Shown: in pieces, positions 24,535-38,827 of the stretch
Numbering within the stretch: position 1 is the stretch's first letter
How the letters are laid out: every line of letters begins with the position of its first letter
DNA from: Lingula anatina
Lineage: Eukaryota > Animalia > Brachiopoda
Direction: 5' to 3'
DNA: 64,000 bases
NCBI GenBank assembly: GCA_051362555.1
Contig: CM120642.1
Span: 29,326,001 to 29,390,000 of the forward strand
Notes under the pieces: model-generated
What the model was told of the DNA's origin: nothing
Database searches by the model: none
Seen by the model: only the letters and a program-made list of their open reading frames with translations
Made by a program: the position numbers and the translations under genes

Positions 24535-26007
24535 TGTGTGTGTGAAAAGTTTCAGATATCTTCACCAATTAAATGGACGTATGTACACAAGTCTCCTGAT
24601 TATGTTCGCTGGAGAGGAATATTCTTCAAACTGGCCCTTGGCTGAAAAAGTCCAGATGAGTATTCAAGAATTGAAAATCTTATTTGTCCTCGAGTCCTGT
24701 GATGCAATGAATATAATAACTGTCAAACTAAGCAGATTTTCAATAATATTTCCCTTATAATGTAAGTATCTTCAATCACGTCTAGACCTGGAGATTGGAT
24801 TGTCTACAAAAGCCATCCTCAATACCACAGTAGTCTACAACGTATTTATCTCGCTCCAAACGCTGTGTTACAGTTTGTGTGACAGGAATTGGCAGGCAGT
24901 ATAATATAATATCCTCAGTCTCTCTTAATGCTCTGGTGTCTTCCAATCAATAGACCTACAGTGAAAACAACTCCAGTAACTTGGCACTTCGTATGCTTTT
25001 CTTTATTTCCCCCTGGAAAACACAAAAACAGAAATATATCAACCAATGAAAGTTTCAACATGAAAGCTCTGCTGCAGTGCCAGAGAAACTAAGGTTCCCT
25101 TGATGTATCAACTGTATGGTAATTCTCTATTTATTTAAATTCGTATGCCACAGTATCTATATGACTGATGAAGAGGAGATTTTATAACACCACTGCTAGT
25201 AACAAGGATCCATTTGTGAAGGAACTATTGTAAATATATTGTCACTTTTAACTTCAAGTTATGCTTCTCAAGACAAAGTAAATGCACTGGTATTCTATCA
25301 ATATTAAGACTGCCTACAACATAAACAAGAAATCTCAATAAAATGAAAAATCTTAAGCAGCAAAATTTTCTTAAGCATGTCTTAAATTATTCATGGGAAT
25401 TGTACATTTTTAAATTAAAATACAATCAAACACTTCAGGGATTTAATAACTAGTCTTAATTATCAGAACTGTGAACACAGTCTGTCATAACCACCACACA
25501 CACATATATATACCACTGTGCATAGATAATAATCATATCATGTCTACCAATCAACTGCTTCAGACAATGGAAACCTATGAAACCTGTGCATGACTGACAA
25601 CCATAACCTCCCAGTGGGTGCTCAGTGCTACCCTCTGTAGAACATTAGTGTATCATGGATTGTGGGCAGCAAGAATAAAATCCACAGACCTCTTTTCATT
25701 GCCTCATGGCAAGTTTGTTTGTACAGAACCTTCTACACACCTGACGTAACTAAAGAGGACAAAGAAATACATTCAGGATACACAAAATATAAAGCACCTC
25801 AACTCCAGACACAGACTTTAAAAAAATTTGAAATTTGATCTCTGTAAGACTGAGCGTATTCAGTCTTTATTTTCCTATTTACTTTTATTAATCAAGTTAT
25901 TCAGACACATCAAAAGACTACATTATTTCACCTTCTGTCATAAGCTAGTAAGTCTATTAAAATGGAATTTATAAACAAAAGATTGTTCTCAGAATTGCAA
26001 ATACTTA

Positions 26008-26220
26008 GGCTCTGTTCTCACAACTTTTAGATCGATCTATCACCGCGGGGAGTCTCACTAGATTACTGTCAGATAATCCCCCTTAAGTGTCCGTCCCCGC
26101 CTACTACAAGCTTTAAGGGGTAATTAACTTTCGTGTCCGCCCGGCTGACAGCTATTTAGCGTGAACCCCCAGGGAGTTAGGTCGATCCAATGTAGGTCGA
26201 TCTAATCTATGAGAATGGGG
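26008..26220. mobile_element. MITE (family A), degenerate, followed by a (GT)n tract
   Basis: TTCTCA..GATCGATC..GGGGAGTCTCACTAG / TTAGCGTGAACCCC..GTCGATC..TGAGAA inverted arrangement. Confidence 0.5.
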
Positions 26221-28735
26221 TGTAAGTGTGTGTGTGTGTGTGTGTGTACGTGTGTGTGTGTGTGTCCGTCCTCGAGCCCATTTGTTGAATGTGAATGTTG
26301 CTGTTACTTTGTCCCACAGTATTACACTTCCTACATGGGGATCGTTGGTGATGCACAACTCACCTGTCCTGTTATCTATTTATGTTTTTTAATGTCAGGT
26401 GTGAATTGCTTAATGCACTGGTTGTCTAGACTTTAATTGAATTGATCATATCAAATAGGGGGACTGGCTTATTATACACGTCTACAGAGTCTTGGTTCAA
26501 GCTAGAAGTTTTCAGTCATTATCAAGGATACTTCGGTATGGCTAGAGTATTAGCCACACATAAATTAAATTTCACTTATTCGTCACTCCAACTTGTCAGC
26601 TAAGTAATTCGACCTAGCAAGAAAAATTATCATTCTTCTGGCACAAACTATTATGAGTTGTGACAACAAGGCCCAGCAGGGGTTTGTGTAGCTAAGGCAG
26701 TTAATACTATCCAAACATTTAAAAAAAATTGATACCAGACACTTTACAGTGCTGTTCCTTTGCTGCATTATGTTATACCTAATACCTAAACAGTATAGTT
26801 ACTCGTAGACTAAAAATTATCTAAGAAATATTAAACAGTCGAATTATCGTAACTGGGAAATTTGATGTTAAATAGAAAAACAGTGTTAAAAAAGAAATAT
26901 TAAGTTAAGAACTTATAACATCTTTTAAAACCAACTCTTTCTTTACACATTCTTACAATCCCAGTCATCTACATACAGCTACTAGTTGTGAGTCATATCA
27001 ATCTCCTCTCCCTAACATTTTTGGAATAAACAGCATTGCAAGTTAAGTAACAAAGTTACAGCTGATTCTGATTCATTTATCTATAGATCTGGGTTTGTTC
27101 AATCTGATACAGGGTACATACAGCAAAAGTGGTGGATTTACAATTATGTCATAGTCTGCTATCTATTTTTGGTTTATCCATTTATATGTGTACTGAATTA
27201 TACCACGGATGGCCCTTCAAACAATACTGTCGATAAGATAATTGCACATACTTCTATTTCTCATACAGGCTTGCCTGTATTCTCATCTCGGCTGGGCTTT
27301 GATACAATTAAGCTGTTGTATGTCACTAACAGTGGACAACTTATGCTGTACTAGGTAAGTATTAAAAGGTCAAAAATCTCTTCATCCAAGAACTAACATT
27401 TCAGGATGTTTTTGTCCTGTTTACTTTCTATTTTCAACAACATTTCTGAAAACATCTAAATCATATATGTAAACTGATTCTTATTTATAAGGGATTAACC
27501 TGAAAGGGTGAGGTTTCCTGTAAGACTGATGTTCATTAAAATATTCTTATTTTAAAAAAGTTTAAAACTAGACTTACTGTAGACTGTAGCATTCTAATTC
27601 AGTGTGTAAACATAGATAAATAAACACATGAGAGTTATACATGGATAGATTACTCGGTTTCCGTGTTATCTTGTACTTAACACAGGCTTATCATGAAAAA
27701 AAAATGTACAAGGCAGGGAAAAAACAAAATGGCGTCGTCCACCCTTCTTAAGGCGTGTCTTTTTTGTTTTAAATTGCCAAGAATTATCACACACTGCATC
27801 GGCATTCGACTCAAGCGGCTACAGAAAATACCTCAAATTCCACCCTAATGTATATAATGACAGTGAGCCATTAAGTCAGAAGAAAACGGTGTTAGGGTGT
27901 TCGGTCCTCCTTGACATTTTTGCAAGATATGATATCGACCTAATTAAATGTTGCCGATGGGGAGAAAATCGCTAATCGCCAAATTGATGACTATTTACAC
28001 GTCAGGTTATATGCGCAGTCTTACATTTAAACCCCTTACCTTGGTGGCTTCAGTGAAGCTGTGATGTTTCATTCATGTGTTTGGTCAATTTGAGTAACAT
28101 TTGCCGGTGTGTTCCTCGTCCACATGATATTCCCCGATGACTCAGTTATGTAGGCTACAGTCGACCGCACTGCGCATGTCTGCACAAGTAGAAAAACGGC
28201 AGTCTCGTTTTCACAAATATCTCTAAGCTGGGCAGTCTAGACCTTTTGGTCCGGCGGGGAGCAAGGCTCATTGGTATCACTGTGAACATCAGGAATCAGT
28301 TTATAGTAGCCTACTAAACCGTAACAATTAAATGGCACCGTTCGCCCTCTAAAATACCAAAAATTTTCGGGGATCCGCCCCTGTGTTAATGAACATTATA
28401 TAACACCCTGTTGCTGAACTGGCCACATCTACCGGGTAGCCTACATGTAAAAACGGGATAGAGGAAGGAAAACATACTACAACATCCATAATATGAACAT
28501 AAAATAAGACCAAACAAATATGAATATGACTAAAATACCAAAAATTTTCTGTATTAGTGAAGGATTTAGAGGGGGTCAGGAGGGGGCTGACCCACCCCTC
28601 CTTTGGTTTCTGAAAAAAATCACACTAATATTCCCCTCTTGGGCTTATAATTTTGATTAGCTGATTTATATATAAATTTTAAGGGAAAATAAATCAATGA
28701 TGTTGTTTCTTAAAGAGAATGTAAGTCAAGATTAA

Positions 28736-29072
28736 AGGGATAATAACTCTTCGTATGAGACCTATATTTCACGATAAAAACCTTGTGAATAACTCATAGA
28801 AATATAATATATTCTGTTTTACCACAAAAACAGCAGTTATAGCTTTTATTCTGATATTTGAACTTGTCTTTAGACCACGTGACCTCCATTGATGTCTATA
28901 CTCTGTTAAAATCTCTTAAGAGATTTTAACAAAAAAACAAACTTTTTAGAAAAAAACCAGGGACTAACTTTGAATGTAAAAATGGATTCAATAACCATTG
29001 TTAAGTATGGAAAAATTGTTGTTTACTCCAGGAAAATTCATTTTTTGGCCGAAACGAAGAGTTATTATTGCT
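28736..29072. mobile_element. Kolobok-like MITE
   Basis: TTAA flanks on both sides; TIR AG(GG/CA)ATAATAACTCTTCGT. Confidence 0.75.
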
Positions 29073-30123
29073 TTAATGGTTTATGGTTATTTGTGATAAC
29101 TTTTTACCCATTTAAAGGGATTTGAAGAGATCTGAAAGTTTATTTTGCAGTATGAAAGATTTATGGCCAACAGTCACAAGCCCTATTCGTAGGACCAGCA
29201 TACGTAGGCCTATATTTTTCCCCATACATGTCAGTAAGATGTTATAGGCCCTAATCACATTTGTGAAGCAATATTAGAATGTTACGTCATTCATACGTGG
29301 GCCTATTGTGAAGAACACTAATTGTCTCCTAGGCCCCTAATATCCATACACACAAAATGAGTGATAATATTAAAGTTCGCACTCAACAATCTACCCATTC
29401 AAATGTAGTAGGCCCTATACAATCTCAACTACCGCATTCACCACACCCAGGGGAAGTTATGTGCCGGTGTCGCCACTTCTGTCACCACACGTAGGCCTAC
29501 TGGCTAGGTAGGCCTAAGTCCTAAATGCCTAGATAATGTAGTCTTCACTTCTTGCATAGTATTAAAACACATACGAAACATATAAAGGCTAGTTAAAAGT
29601 CTCACACTAAAATGTAATGCAACACATTTACAAACTAAGTGCTCTAATGATTAATCAGTGCACTAAGAAGGCAAGCACGAGCAGAGGGGAGAAGGGGTGG
29701 GACATCATCAAGATCGATATTGTGGCGTTCTTTCACATTGAAAACCTCCAATTTTGAAGATTTTATTTAAAAAGTTTACAACAGTTTATTTCTGTGTCTT
29801 GTTTCTGATAGGCGTAAATTTCGACAGCACTGTAAAATGTGTTTTATAATTATTTTAATGCATAACACTTCGGAAAATTCCATTTATCACATGAGCATGC
29901 TATTATTCACATGCAAAATGGGCAATTTAAAACAGACCTGTTTAGAAAAAAAAAAAAAAAAAAAGAGAGTACAAGCTAGCCAAGGACACAGAGAAAAAGC
30001 TGCGAACAGCCAGGAGGAAAAACTCTGTAAAATCCCTCATTACGGTCTCAAAAGATTAAAAAGCACGGCAAAATGTCAAACATAAAAGAATAAAAGTTCT
30101 CTTTCAAGAATGCCGCCCTTTCT

Positions 30124-30132
<9 letters not shown>

Positions 30133-30208
<76 letters not shown>
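30133..30208. repeat. Compound (CT)n(CA)n microsatellite
   Basis: Directly visible. Confidence 0.97.
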
Positions 30209-30210
<2 letters not shown>

Positions 30211-32126
30211 AATATGGCTAAATTAACGTACTATCGACCTCCCACCGGAGTCCATGCACATGACAAGGGTGATCATTGATTGCCTATAACAACACCAATG
30301 GGTTGTAATAACTACCGCAGTGGGCACGGTTGCTAACACGAAAAAAGAGCTGAGGCGGCAAAGTGACGAATTATTGTTGCAAAAAAGGTACGTCTATTAC
30401 TGCTTGAGGTCTGTGATTTAAAAAAAAATTACAGATAATGATGAGATGAATAGTTTAAGAAAATCAGAGTAACACATTGTAGCCTGTGAACGAAATGCAA
30501 ACGTTGATCAATATGCCTAATTAGGTCACTCTATCTGTTGGTGTCAATAGCAACTAAACAACCCCAAGAAGGACGTAAGGCATCTTACAGTCACATGTAA
30601 TCTCTTATCACAGGGAAGACAGAAATAACGTATTCGTCTTCCTGATATGTTTCCATACACTGAACAGTAGGCCTGCGTTCTTTTGGTGTTCGATGATTCT
30701 TGTTACCATATACATTATACTTCAGCCGACATCAATTAACACTAATTTCCGGCGTTTATTTTGTGGACTTTCTTCTCATTAAGCCGGAATCATCTAAACG
30801 CTTATTTGTACTTGAAAGATTTAGAGAATAAACCCCCAAACTTTCAGCTGTGCGGTATAAAGACTCATAAAACAAGTAAAAGACATTAGAAATATTGATT
30901 AAAAGCGATCGACTTTTCATAGGCCTAAAGGTCATAAAAATTATCTACTTTTTCATTTCTGTCTTCATTCGTCAACAGGTAAAATAAAAAGTCTCCTTGG
31001 CAAATGTATATCTTAGACTAATAGCTCTTATTATATACAGGCTGTTGATTCCGGTTATTGGCAATCACAATGGAATAAAGTGACGAATAATAAACTATGT
31101 AAATATAGCAGCTTATTGATGTGAATAGTCTGTTGTCGCTTTGACAAACACGGTATGTTGAGCTGTTGGCTTAGGGTCGTACCTCAGGTAAGATTCAACT
31201 ATTTATGATGAAGCAAACTTGAATCGATCTTTTTTAACATTATCAGTGTTTATTGTAATTTAGCTGTCGGCGCACGGTACGCCTCCATGAACATCTTCCC
31301 GTTTCTCAATTCAGTTTAAAGTTAATAAAATCAACGCGAGGTCGACGCCGGCATAATTTTTCAATGAGGCTGATGATGTAAACAGGGATGGAATCGGATT
31401 TGCTCCATTGGACATGATGTGAACACAGCTATAGAGACGGAAAGAATACAACAACAATGGGCGGTAATACCACACCTGTGTACATGAAGCAGTTTTCACG
31501 TGCTACAATACACGGTTTGACTTCGTGCCCTTTGATTTGACGCTGACATCATATGTATCTACAGCTTGTTTAGTAACTGGTACTTTATAGGTGGTAGGGG
31601 TTAATGGGAAAATAGAAAACGAGGGACGCAGAAGGCAAGCACAGGTGTATTAAACTATGTAAAGTGGCTCTTGGCAGCACACGTAAGTTAGTGACGGAAT
31701 CTTTCTTTGCCTGCTTTTATCAATTTTATTTCAACTCGTTCATGCGACACTAGACAGAAAATACAATTGTGGGCAAAATTGGCAATTTGTTCCGTTGTCA
31801 ACGAAATTCTAGAAAAAAGTGTTACATTGAAAAGAAACTAATGGGCTTGATCTCGGCGATGCGTTTCGTTTGCAAGATATTCAGCATAAGTCTTGTAGAG
31901 CGACTTTGTTGAAACGTAGCACAATGTTCAATTACCCTACAGAAATCAGTGCAAAGTGTATTTCTTTTGAATCAAAGCGATGATTTATAACCCCGTAATA
32001 AGTAGCAGCTTTTTTCTTGCAGTACCAACAATAAAGCAGACGATGCGGCCGTGATTCATCAAATTAACTCTGGTTGCAGTTGGAGCTCGGATTCCACTCC
32101 CTTCGTTCATCGCCTGGGAGAGGAAT

Positions 32127-35100
32127 ATGCCCAGTCCAAAGCCACTTCTGTTAGCTCCAAGACTTACCCGAAGCAGGAATCACAGTTACGTCCCAGAACC
32201 CCCAACAGATGAGGGGGCAAACAGTCGGACAGCAGGTCGATACAAGAGAGACGAATCTACGTGCTCTCCCTATCAGTATAAAGGCTATGGTTCCGGACGC
32301 TACAATCTGAGGCACAGAGGATGGAGGAACGCTAGGCAGAACACCATCGGTGGAAGTTCATGTTCTACGTCCAGCTCCAATGCACGAGGACGGAACAGCG
32401 CTGGCAGCAATAGTGAGGCAACCCCTCGTGAGAATATTACCCCGGAGAGTCCAAGCAATCCACACTGGACGCCACGGGAAGATGGACATTACCTCCCGCA
32501 AATGAAATACCTTGCAGGGGAAGTGAGAAATTGGAAATATTGGTATGAACTGAAGAGCGTCAAAACCGAAGTTCGTAATACTCTGCCAACAAAAACAGGT
32601 TTGCTTGTCTATTCATTTTAATTATCATTATTCTTATTCTCGTTTTTATAATTCTGTTTTATAGGATATTTTAATTTATCGGCGAATAGGCCTCGTCAAT
32701 GGGGTTAATCTATGTCAAATATGTATCTGGGTACTGGTTAGTGTTGCTATAGACCTTTTTCATCTTTTCCGGAAATACGAAGTGCGCACGACAGGAACCG
32801 CGCGCCACAGGGGTCATGATGGTCCTCTGCTGTTTCCAGCATGGCAATGCTAGGTGTAGATGATATACAAGGTGTGCATATAAAAAGGTCGTTTGCAGCT
32901 TGCACTGCTTTCTGTCAAACTAAAAAGGTGGCTGAAGCACAGAAATGCGTAAACTGTAGGCAAGAAAACAGCTACTTGGACGCAGAATCAATCAATTAAA
33001 TGTTTTTTTCTCAGTTTAAATACGATGCGCTGTACAACTAGACTTCACCTAAGCGTCCGAGCCTTGGCTGCACTTTCAATAGTGATGACAAACTAAAGCT
33101 TCAGAGTTCTTTTAAATGCCTCCGATAATAAAGATATGCGAAAGAGACTCGTTATTTTATATATATATTAAATCAAAACAGCCAGTAGACTCGTACACAG
33201 CTTTCAAGAGTGTGGACAGGTGCGTAGGCCTACGTCTTCACAATATTACATGTATATATGCAAGCTGTGGCGATATCACCTCATTTACCGGCAGAATCAA
33301 TTCATTGCGATTTTTAAGTCTTGTTTGAAGGGTGTCTTAAGAGATTTTTGAAATGATAAAATGAAAAGATTCCCTGCATTGTTTGACTCGTACCTAAAAG
33401 TGACACGCAGATTGTTCGTCGGTGAACTGATTAAATCGTTTGGTACCTGATAAGGCATATCAGGTGTTACTTGTTCAATTGTTCAGTTAGGGGGCGGCCA
33501 CAACTACGACCTTTCCTCTGTAGTTAAAACCTTCTAATTTATAAGTGTTAAACAGGTGAGACAGGAATTCTCGAATCTTTCCCAGACGATAATTAAAGTT
33601 TACCGTGTCTTACTCTAGTATATGCACAAAATTTACGACAGGTAAAAAATGTCAGACTTTCGGTCTGACAAGTATGAACATTTTCTCAAACTGAAACAAA
33701 ACCGTCAGGCAAAAACAAAATTATAGCAACAGACCAAATTATTTGATTTTTAAATGTTTTCATGTGTATTTTCATCGTTTTCAATCAAAGACAATAAAAT
33801 CATTCAAATAAAGTGTTTTCCACACATTTCATACTTTTTAACTATCTAAGACAGAGTTAAATATACGTAGGCCTACTTTAATACTAAGCATATTTGCATT
33901 ACTTTAAAAATACTGTACGTTAATTGTTTTATTATTTTTATTATCCATTTTGTCTTTACCATACATTATGCACGTGTAGCTTACAGAAAGGCTTCTCTGC
34001 ATTAAGAATATATGCCCATTGAATTTTCCAATTCTCTTGTCATTGAGTTCAGAAATAAATAACTTTTTATTTTGCCGGTAACGCGTTAAACAAGGGCCGA
34101 TGTACATTATTCTTCGTATGTCTCTGTTGATCTTGATAATATGAGCCCCATTTGTACAAATCAGTAATACGTACAGGGTGTACGGGACTGGATACATAAT
34201 AATAAAAATTTTATTAACGTCTCACGTTAAAAAAAAAAAATAGAACCCACCCTACTAAGGGTTATTAGAGACTAAAACCTGTGTTAGGCCTACATTTAAA
34301 ATGATCACTTGTCAATAAAACACACACAAAAAGGATATTACATACAAAACTTTTCAAACCTTCTCTTTGTTGTTACACAAAAAGTCGTGAAAGTTCTTGA
34401 ATTTTTTGTAAGTAGAATCCCCGTGTAAAACCTCACAGCTTTTACTTTCTTTTTCCATAATCTCATACTTAAAGTCTTTTCTTTCTTTTTAGGCCCCTAT
34501 TCTTCAATTTTTTCTTCAGAACTTTGTTTTTATCGCATTGTTTACCCCCGAGTTCTAGTTCGTTATATCCGTTGATTAACTAAGCATTTCTGTTTTTATT
34601 AAAGCACCGTTGATCTCCTAATATTATAATTTTTCTTCCCGCCTTCTCGCCTTCGAAATGTTCAGCGCAAACGCGGTGCCCTGCTTTTAATCCAAACCTG
34701 CTATATTTTCCTTTCTTTCTACCATATTTTTCATTCTAACGGGTTTGTTGGGAACTTATTATACCTCATGTGTCAATCTCGCTTACTGTTATTGTAGCAG
34801 CGGGACAAAAAGCACGTAAACTCAGCCATGGTTTTTAGCACCGCTGTAAGTGTTTCGACATAGCAGGGCTCCCGTACCCACAATGCAATTTCCATTTCCG
34901 GAAAAGATGAAAAAGGTCTATATGTTGGAGAAAAAAAACAGTGCTGGATGGAAAGGGAATATGATTCAGGTTTGAAGAGAGGACGTTTTTCTTTTTTTCT
35001 CTCTCACCTCGAAGACAAGAGATCAAAGGGTAAAATGGAACGTGACATTTATCAGGCAACAGAAAAAACAATGATTTTGTTTATTACTCAGTGCCACTGT

Positions 35101-36808
35101 TAATAAACTGTTGATGTTCTCTGGGAACCCCCTCAGGATTCAAACAGGTCTCTATTATTACTACATAAGTGCACCGCTAAACCAACTTCCTCGCCAGTTG
35201 AATGCTTTTAGAATACGTACTGGCATCGACTCTGGAAAACATGACATTTGTTGTCATTGATTTTGAGAAGGTAGTCCTACGTCAATAGATTTACACTCTG
35301 AAGCTGATGATTCAACAGAAAAGAAGACATAAACTAATATTTGCCTTTCTCTTTTTTGTTAGACTCGCGTAGGCTGAGGTAAAAATAACATCGATTCCTA
35401 GATTCAATCATTTTCTCACATGGCCCAGGGGAATAAGCTTCGGGACTTGTACACATCCTTGATTAAAAGAAATTGCTTCTTTTTCATTTAAGCCACCGCA
35501 CAACTTGAAGGTCATTTCGCTTCTTATTAATAGATAATGTAAAGTCGTTATCTCCAGGGCTGTGAAAAGTACATATCGACACAGGTGATCCTTAAAGGGT
35601 GGCACGTCTGTCAACAAACTGTATCCACACATGATAATTTAAACCAGTTTTGAACCGTTGTATTTTTCGTCATTAGTTTGGTGTCGTGATCAGACAGTAG
35701 CAAGCCCAGCAGTAGGCCATTTGAATCAATAATGGAGCGCAACCGTCGGTCACTGCTGTGATGGCAACTCTTGGCATAGTACTATACCCTCTACCAGGGT
35801 GGCAGATATTATAGGGAAAATTACCAGGAGCCAGAGATAGTAGCCTAAAATGACCTTTTTTTCATCTAAAGACATATCTGTGAATATCTTGTGAAAAATA
35901 AATCTGTGGCCATGGTAGAGGGCAGCATAGGACAGTTAATCAGACACTAAGTCTAGCCGCTAAGACCGGGTTTCTTTTCCCTCGTGAACGAGCTTTGTTC
36001 ATCTATACCCTCTTCACTAATGTCTCCTAGCAAAGAAACCAACCTCGCGCAATGAGCCAGGCTAGCAATTGACTATATATCCAATGTCAATAGATATCAC
36101 ATTCTTCAAAACTCTTAATGGATCGATTTGATATGTTGTCAAATATCAGGGGTCTTGGATTGAAATTATATTTCATAATCCAACTTGCAAAAAGGACGGA
36201 ATTTGTTTGCCTAGGATGTAGAATCTAAACATTTAGCCGTATATCATTACGTAACAATGAAAGGGCTTTTAAAGGAGTTGGGTTCAGGAGTGTTAACACG
36301 CCGATACCCCTACTTTACTTCCACTTAGTCCAATATTTAGAACTTCATTCAAGTTATGAATTTACGCAGCAGCGCCATGAAACTCATACTGCAGAACATT
36401 TGTCTCAAACACCCATAGTTATTTTTCCAGTAATTATAGAACGTAGCGCTACATCAGAACTTCAAAGGTTTGTCCACTAAAATCCACTTTCTTTATTCTG
36501 TTGAAATTTTTATTTGCATTCTCATCAAAATATGTTTTCATATCTTTGTAGTCATAGAACAAGAACGAGAACGCGACAGAATTAAAGAAGCTTTAAGAGT
36601 GGCGCAGATGGAGAGAATGGTCGTGAGAAGAACACGGAACACCACACCCCGTGAGCGGGGCGACACTGTCGCCGTTCCCCATGACAATCTTACGTCGGAG
36701 AAACAGAACACGGCGACCTCCACCCGGCTTGCAGTCTTACAACGAAAACCAGCGCCAAGCAAAAATGAGCTCTCCAGCTTTGGAACCTTAACTCTGTGGA
36801 GTTGCTGA
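32127..36808 (+). CDS. Uncharacterised basic, largely disordered protein, ~242 aa; join(32127..32598,36552..36808)
   Basis: Two GC-elevated ORFs are joined by a phase-1 compatible donor (ACAG|GTTTG) and acceptor (TTTGTAG|TC). An upstream acceptor lies at ~32022. No recognised domain. Confidence 0.65.
32751..34919. mobile_element. Internally deleted ISL2EU / PIF-Harbinger-related DNA transposon
   Basis: Perfect TIR AGACCTTTTTCATCTTTTCCGGAAAT with AT on both flanks (probable 2-bp TSD). THAP and FYTG remnants read inward from the right end, and a short ORF remnant from the left end. Confidence 0.85.
34395..34829 (-). pseudogene. Decayed THAP-domain transposase N-terminus
   Basis: MAEFTCFLSRCYNNSKRD*HMRYNKFPTNPLE*KIW, a frameshift, then RKKGKYSRFGLKAGHRVCAEHFEG (C2CH THAP signature). 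KAVRFYTGI follows at ~34416-34442. Confidence 0.85.
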
Positions 36809-37866
36809 CGACCCACAGATATTAATAGAGGCGGATCTTTACCACATTATACAGAAGTAGTTGTTTTTCCTCGCTTTGTTTTCAAATAAGGCAAAGTGCG
36901 CTATGCGGGACGACTAATAATAAAATCCGGCTAAATGGAGGCGGGTGCATGTCATGATATTTTTCACACGAAGAAGAAGTTAAAATTTGCATAATTTTAT
37001 CACCAAGAAAAAAAAACAACCAAGTGAAATTAAGCATAATGCAAGAAGATATTTTCACATTGATTAACTCTTGGTTTGAAAGCACCGTCAAACAAAGCAA
37101 AAAAGAAAACTCGCATCAGGGCCCAATCGATAATTATTTGTGCAACGAATAAACAGTGAAAACATCCGAAGTGAGTATTTCCCTATGGTAATATTTACTT
37201 CAACCTTTAGGTCACAGAAAGAAAATCGATTGCGTTTTCTTGCTCATAAACAGGCAGCTGTGCGTTGGTCAGCAAAAAATTAACGGAGCGTGCCAAATAT
37301 ACGGTTCATCACATTGCATCAGTGTTGTATATTATAAGCAATTGCTTCTCTGGTTGCTCTGTGGGGGTGATATTCTTATTTTGTTTTTGATTATATTTAT
37401 GTGAAATGTGCGATTGTTGTTCTTGGTCATTAGCTAAATGCACTGCGGTGACCAGTTTTCGTGCGTCAAGTGTGCCATTTAATACCCACAGTTCAAGAAG
37501 ATCACCCTGAAACCGATTCCACTGCTGCGCTTTTCTATGCATTGTACTAGTACTGTTATGTTGACAAACACAGTGTCATTATTTTCTTTTCGTTGGAAAA
37601 ATCAGCGATTGTTATTTTTGGTCATTAACCTACACCTGTGCTTTGACCATAACAGGTGAACGCCGCGTGCACCAGTGAAGGCAGGTTAGGCCCTTTATAC
37701 AAGTAGCATAGGAAGGCTGCGTCATGCTGCCATGAAATGCTCAATGATTATATTACTTGAAAACAGTTCCATATTATTTTTGTTTTGACACTCAATCCTG
37801 TCTAGTCTTACATTGAATTTGTACGTTGCTTGTCTGTTTTATATCAACAACAATTTTGTTATTCTA

Positions 37867-38101
37867 GGGCTCATTCCTATTGGCACTATCGGTCTGCGTG
37901 AATCGATCCAACTCCCCGGGGACTCTCGCTGTATGCAATTATTTTAAAAGATTAACACACTCGTATAATCACCAGCTTTTCTACATTCTATTCAACGCCA
38001 GGAGGAGGCGTGTCATTTAGATAATCTGATTGCATTCAGCGAGAGTCTCCGCGGAGTTGGATCGATCTACATAGACCGATAGTGCCAGTGGTAATGACTC
38101 C
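37867..38101. mobile_element. MITE (family A)
   Basis: Long inverted repeat TGGCACTATCGGTCT..ATCGATCCAACTCC / GGAGTTGGATCGAT..AGACCGATAGTGCCA. Confidence 0.8.
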
Positions 38102-38651
38102 TTAATAAGCTTTTATTGAATTATTTCATATGCAAGGTTGCAACAGCAAAGTGCCCATATTGTTCTACTACGAGTTCCGTTTATCAATCACTTCTTATTT
38201 TAATATGTTTAAAAACAAAACAATTAATTCGTTCATATGACTGAGATTACAAGTGTCACTCAGAGTTCTGTTTTCTGAAAGCATGAGGAATATGATAAAT
38301 AATAGAAGAATTTCTGTGACATTTTGCTTTTTTTATATTTCAAGTTGATAATAAAAGATCATCTGATATCAGTGGTCTGTTTCTCTTTCTTTCCAAGCAT
38401 AATTACTGTAAACGCACTTTTAAGCATATTAAAATATGCAATATGCATCTTGGAATGTATGATTGGTCCAAGCTAGACTACTAAGGTGTTTGATGACGAT
38501 TAAGGTTAAAAGCAAGACAGCAAAGCTGCGAAATATACAGATAAAGCAAATGATAACTATGACAGTGCTCAACTAACCTAAATGACGATGTTACCTGTAC
38601 TGTAGTATTGTACATTCGTAAAATAAAGATTATTATGCTGCTAAACACTAA

Positions 38652-38827
38652 GACGACATTCAGAACAGTGGAATAACTAGTTCAATTAAGGCGACCCACT
38701 TTAAAGCTCGCCGTCTAATCCCGTAAAACACTGAACAGGTTCCCCGCAGGGATTACGCATCAAGTTTTCAATTTGGTCGGCCATATGTGATCCACGGACT
38801 AGTAAGTCCTCTGTTGTGAATGCAGCC
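38652..38827. mobile_element. MITE (family B)
   Basis: Reverse-orientation homologue of 17081-17247 and 44479-44655. Confidence 0.65.

Noticed and set aside
24535-25012. Possible N-terminal extension of egh
   Set aside because: An in-frame TGA lies ten codons upstream of the ATG.
26420-27360. Coding-looking stretch upstream of egh
   Set aside because: The frames I translated contain stops and no motif was recognised.
31420-31430. Partial matches to known miRNA 5' ends (miR-317-like here, miR-8-like at ~55567, miR-281-like at ~63191)
   Set aside because: Only 10-11 nt match and no precursor hairpin is evident.
33650-33670. Hairpin TGTCAGAC-TTTCG-GTCTGACA
   Set aside because: It is short, lies inside a transposon, and is probably a repeat-end remnant rather than an RNA gene or terminator.
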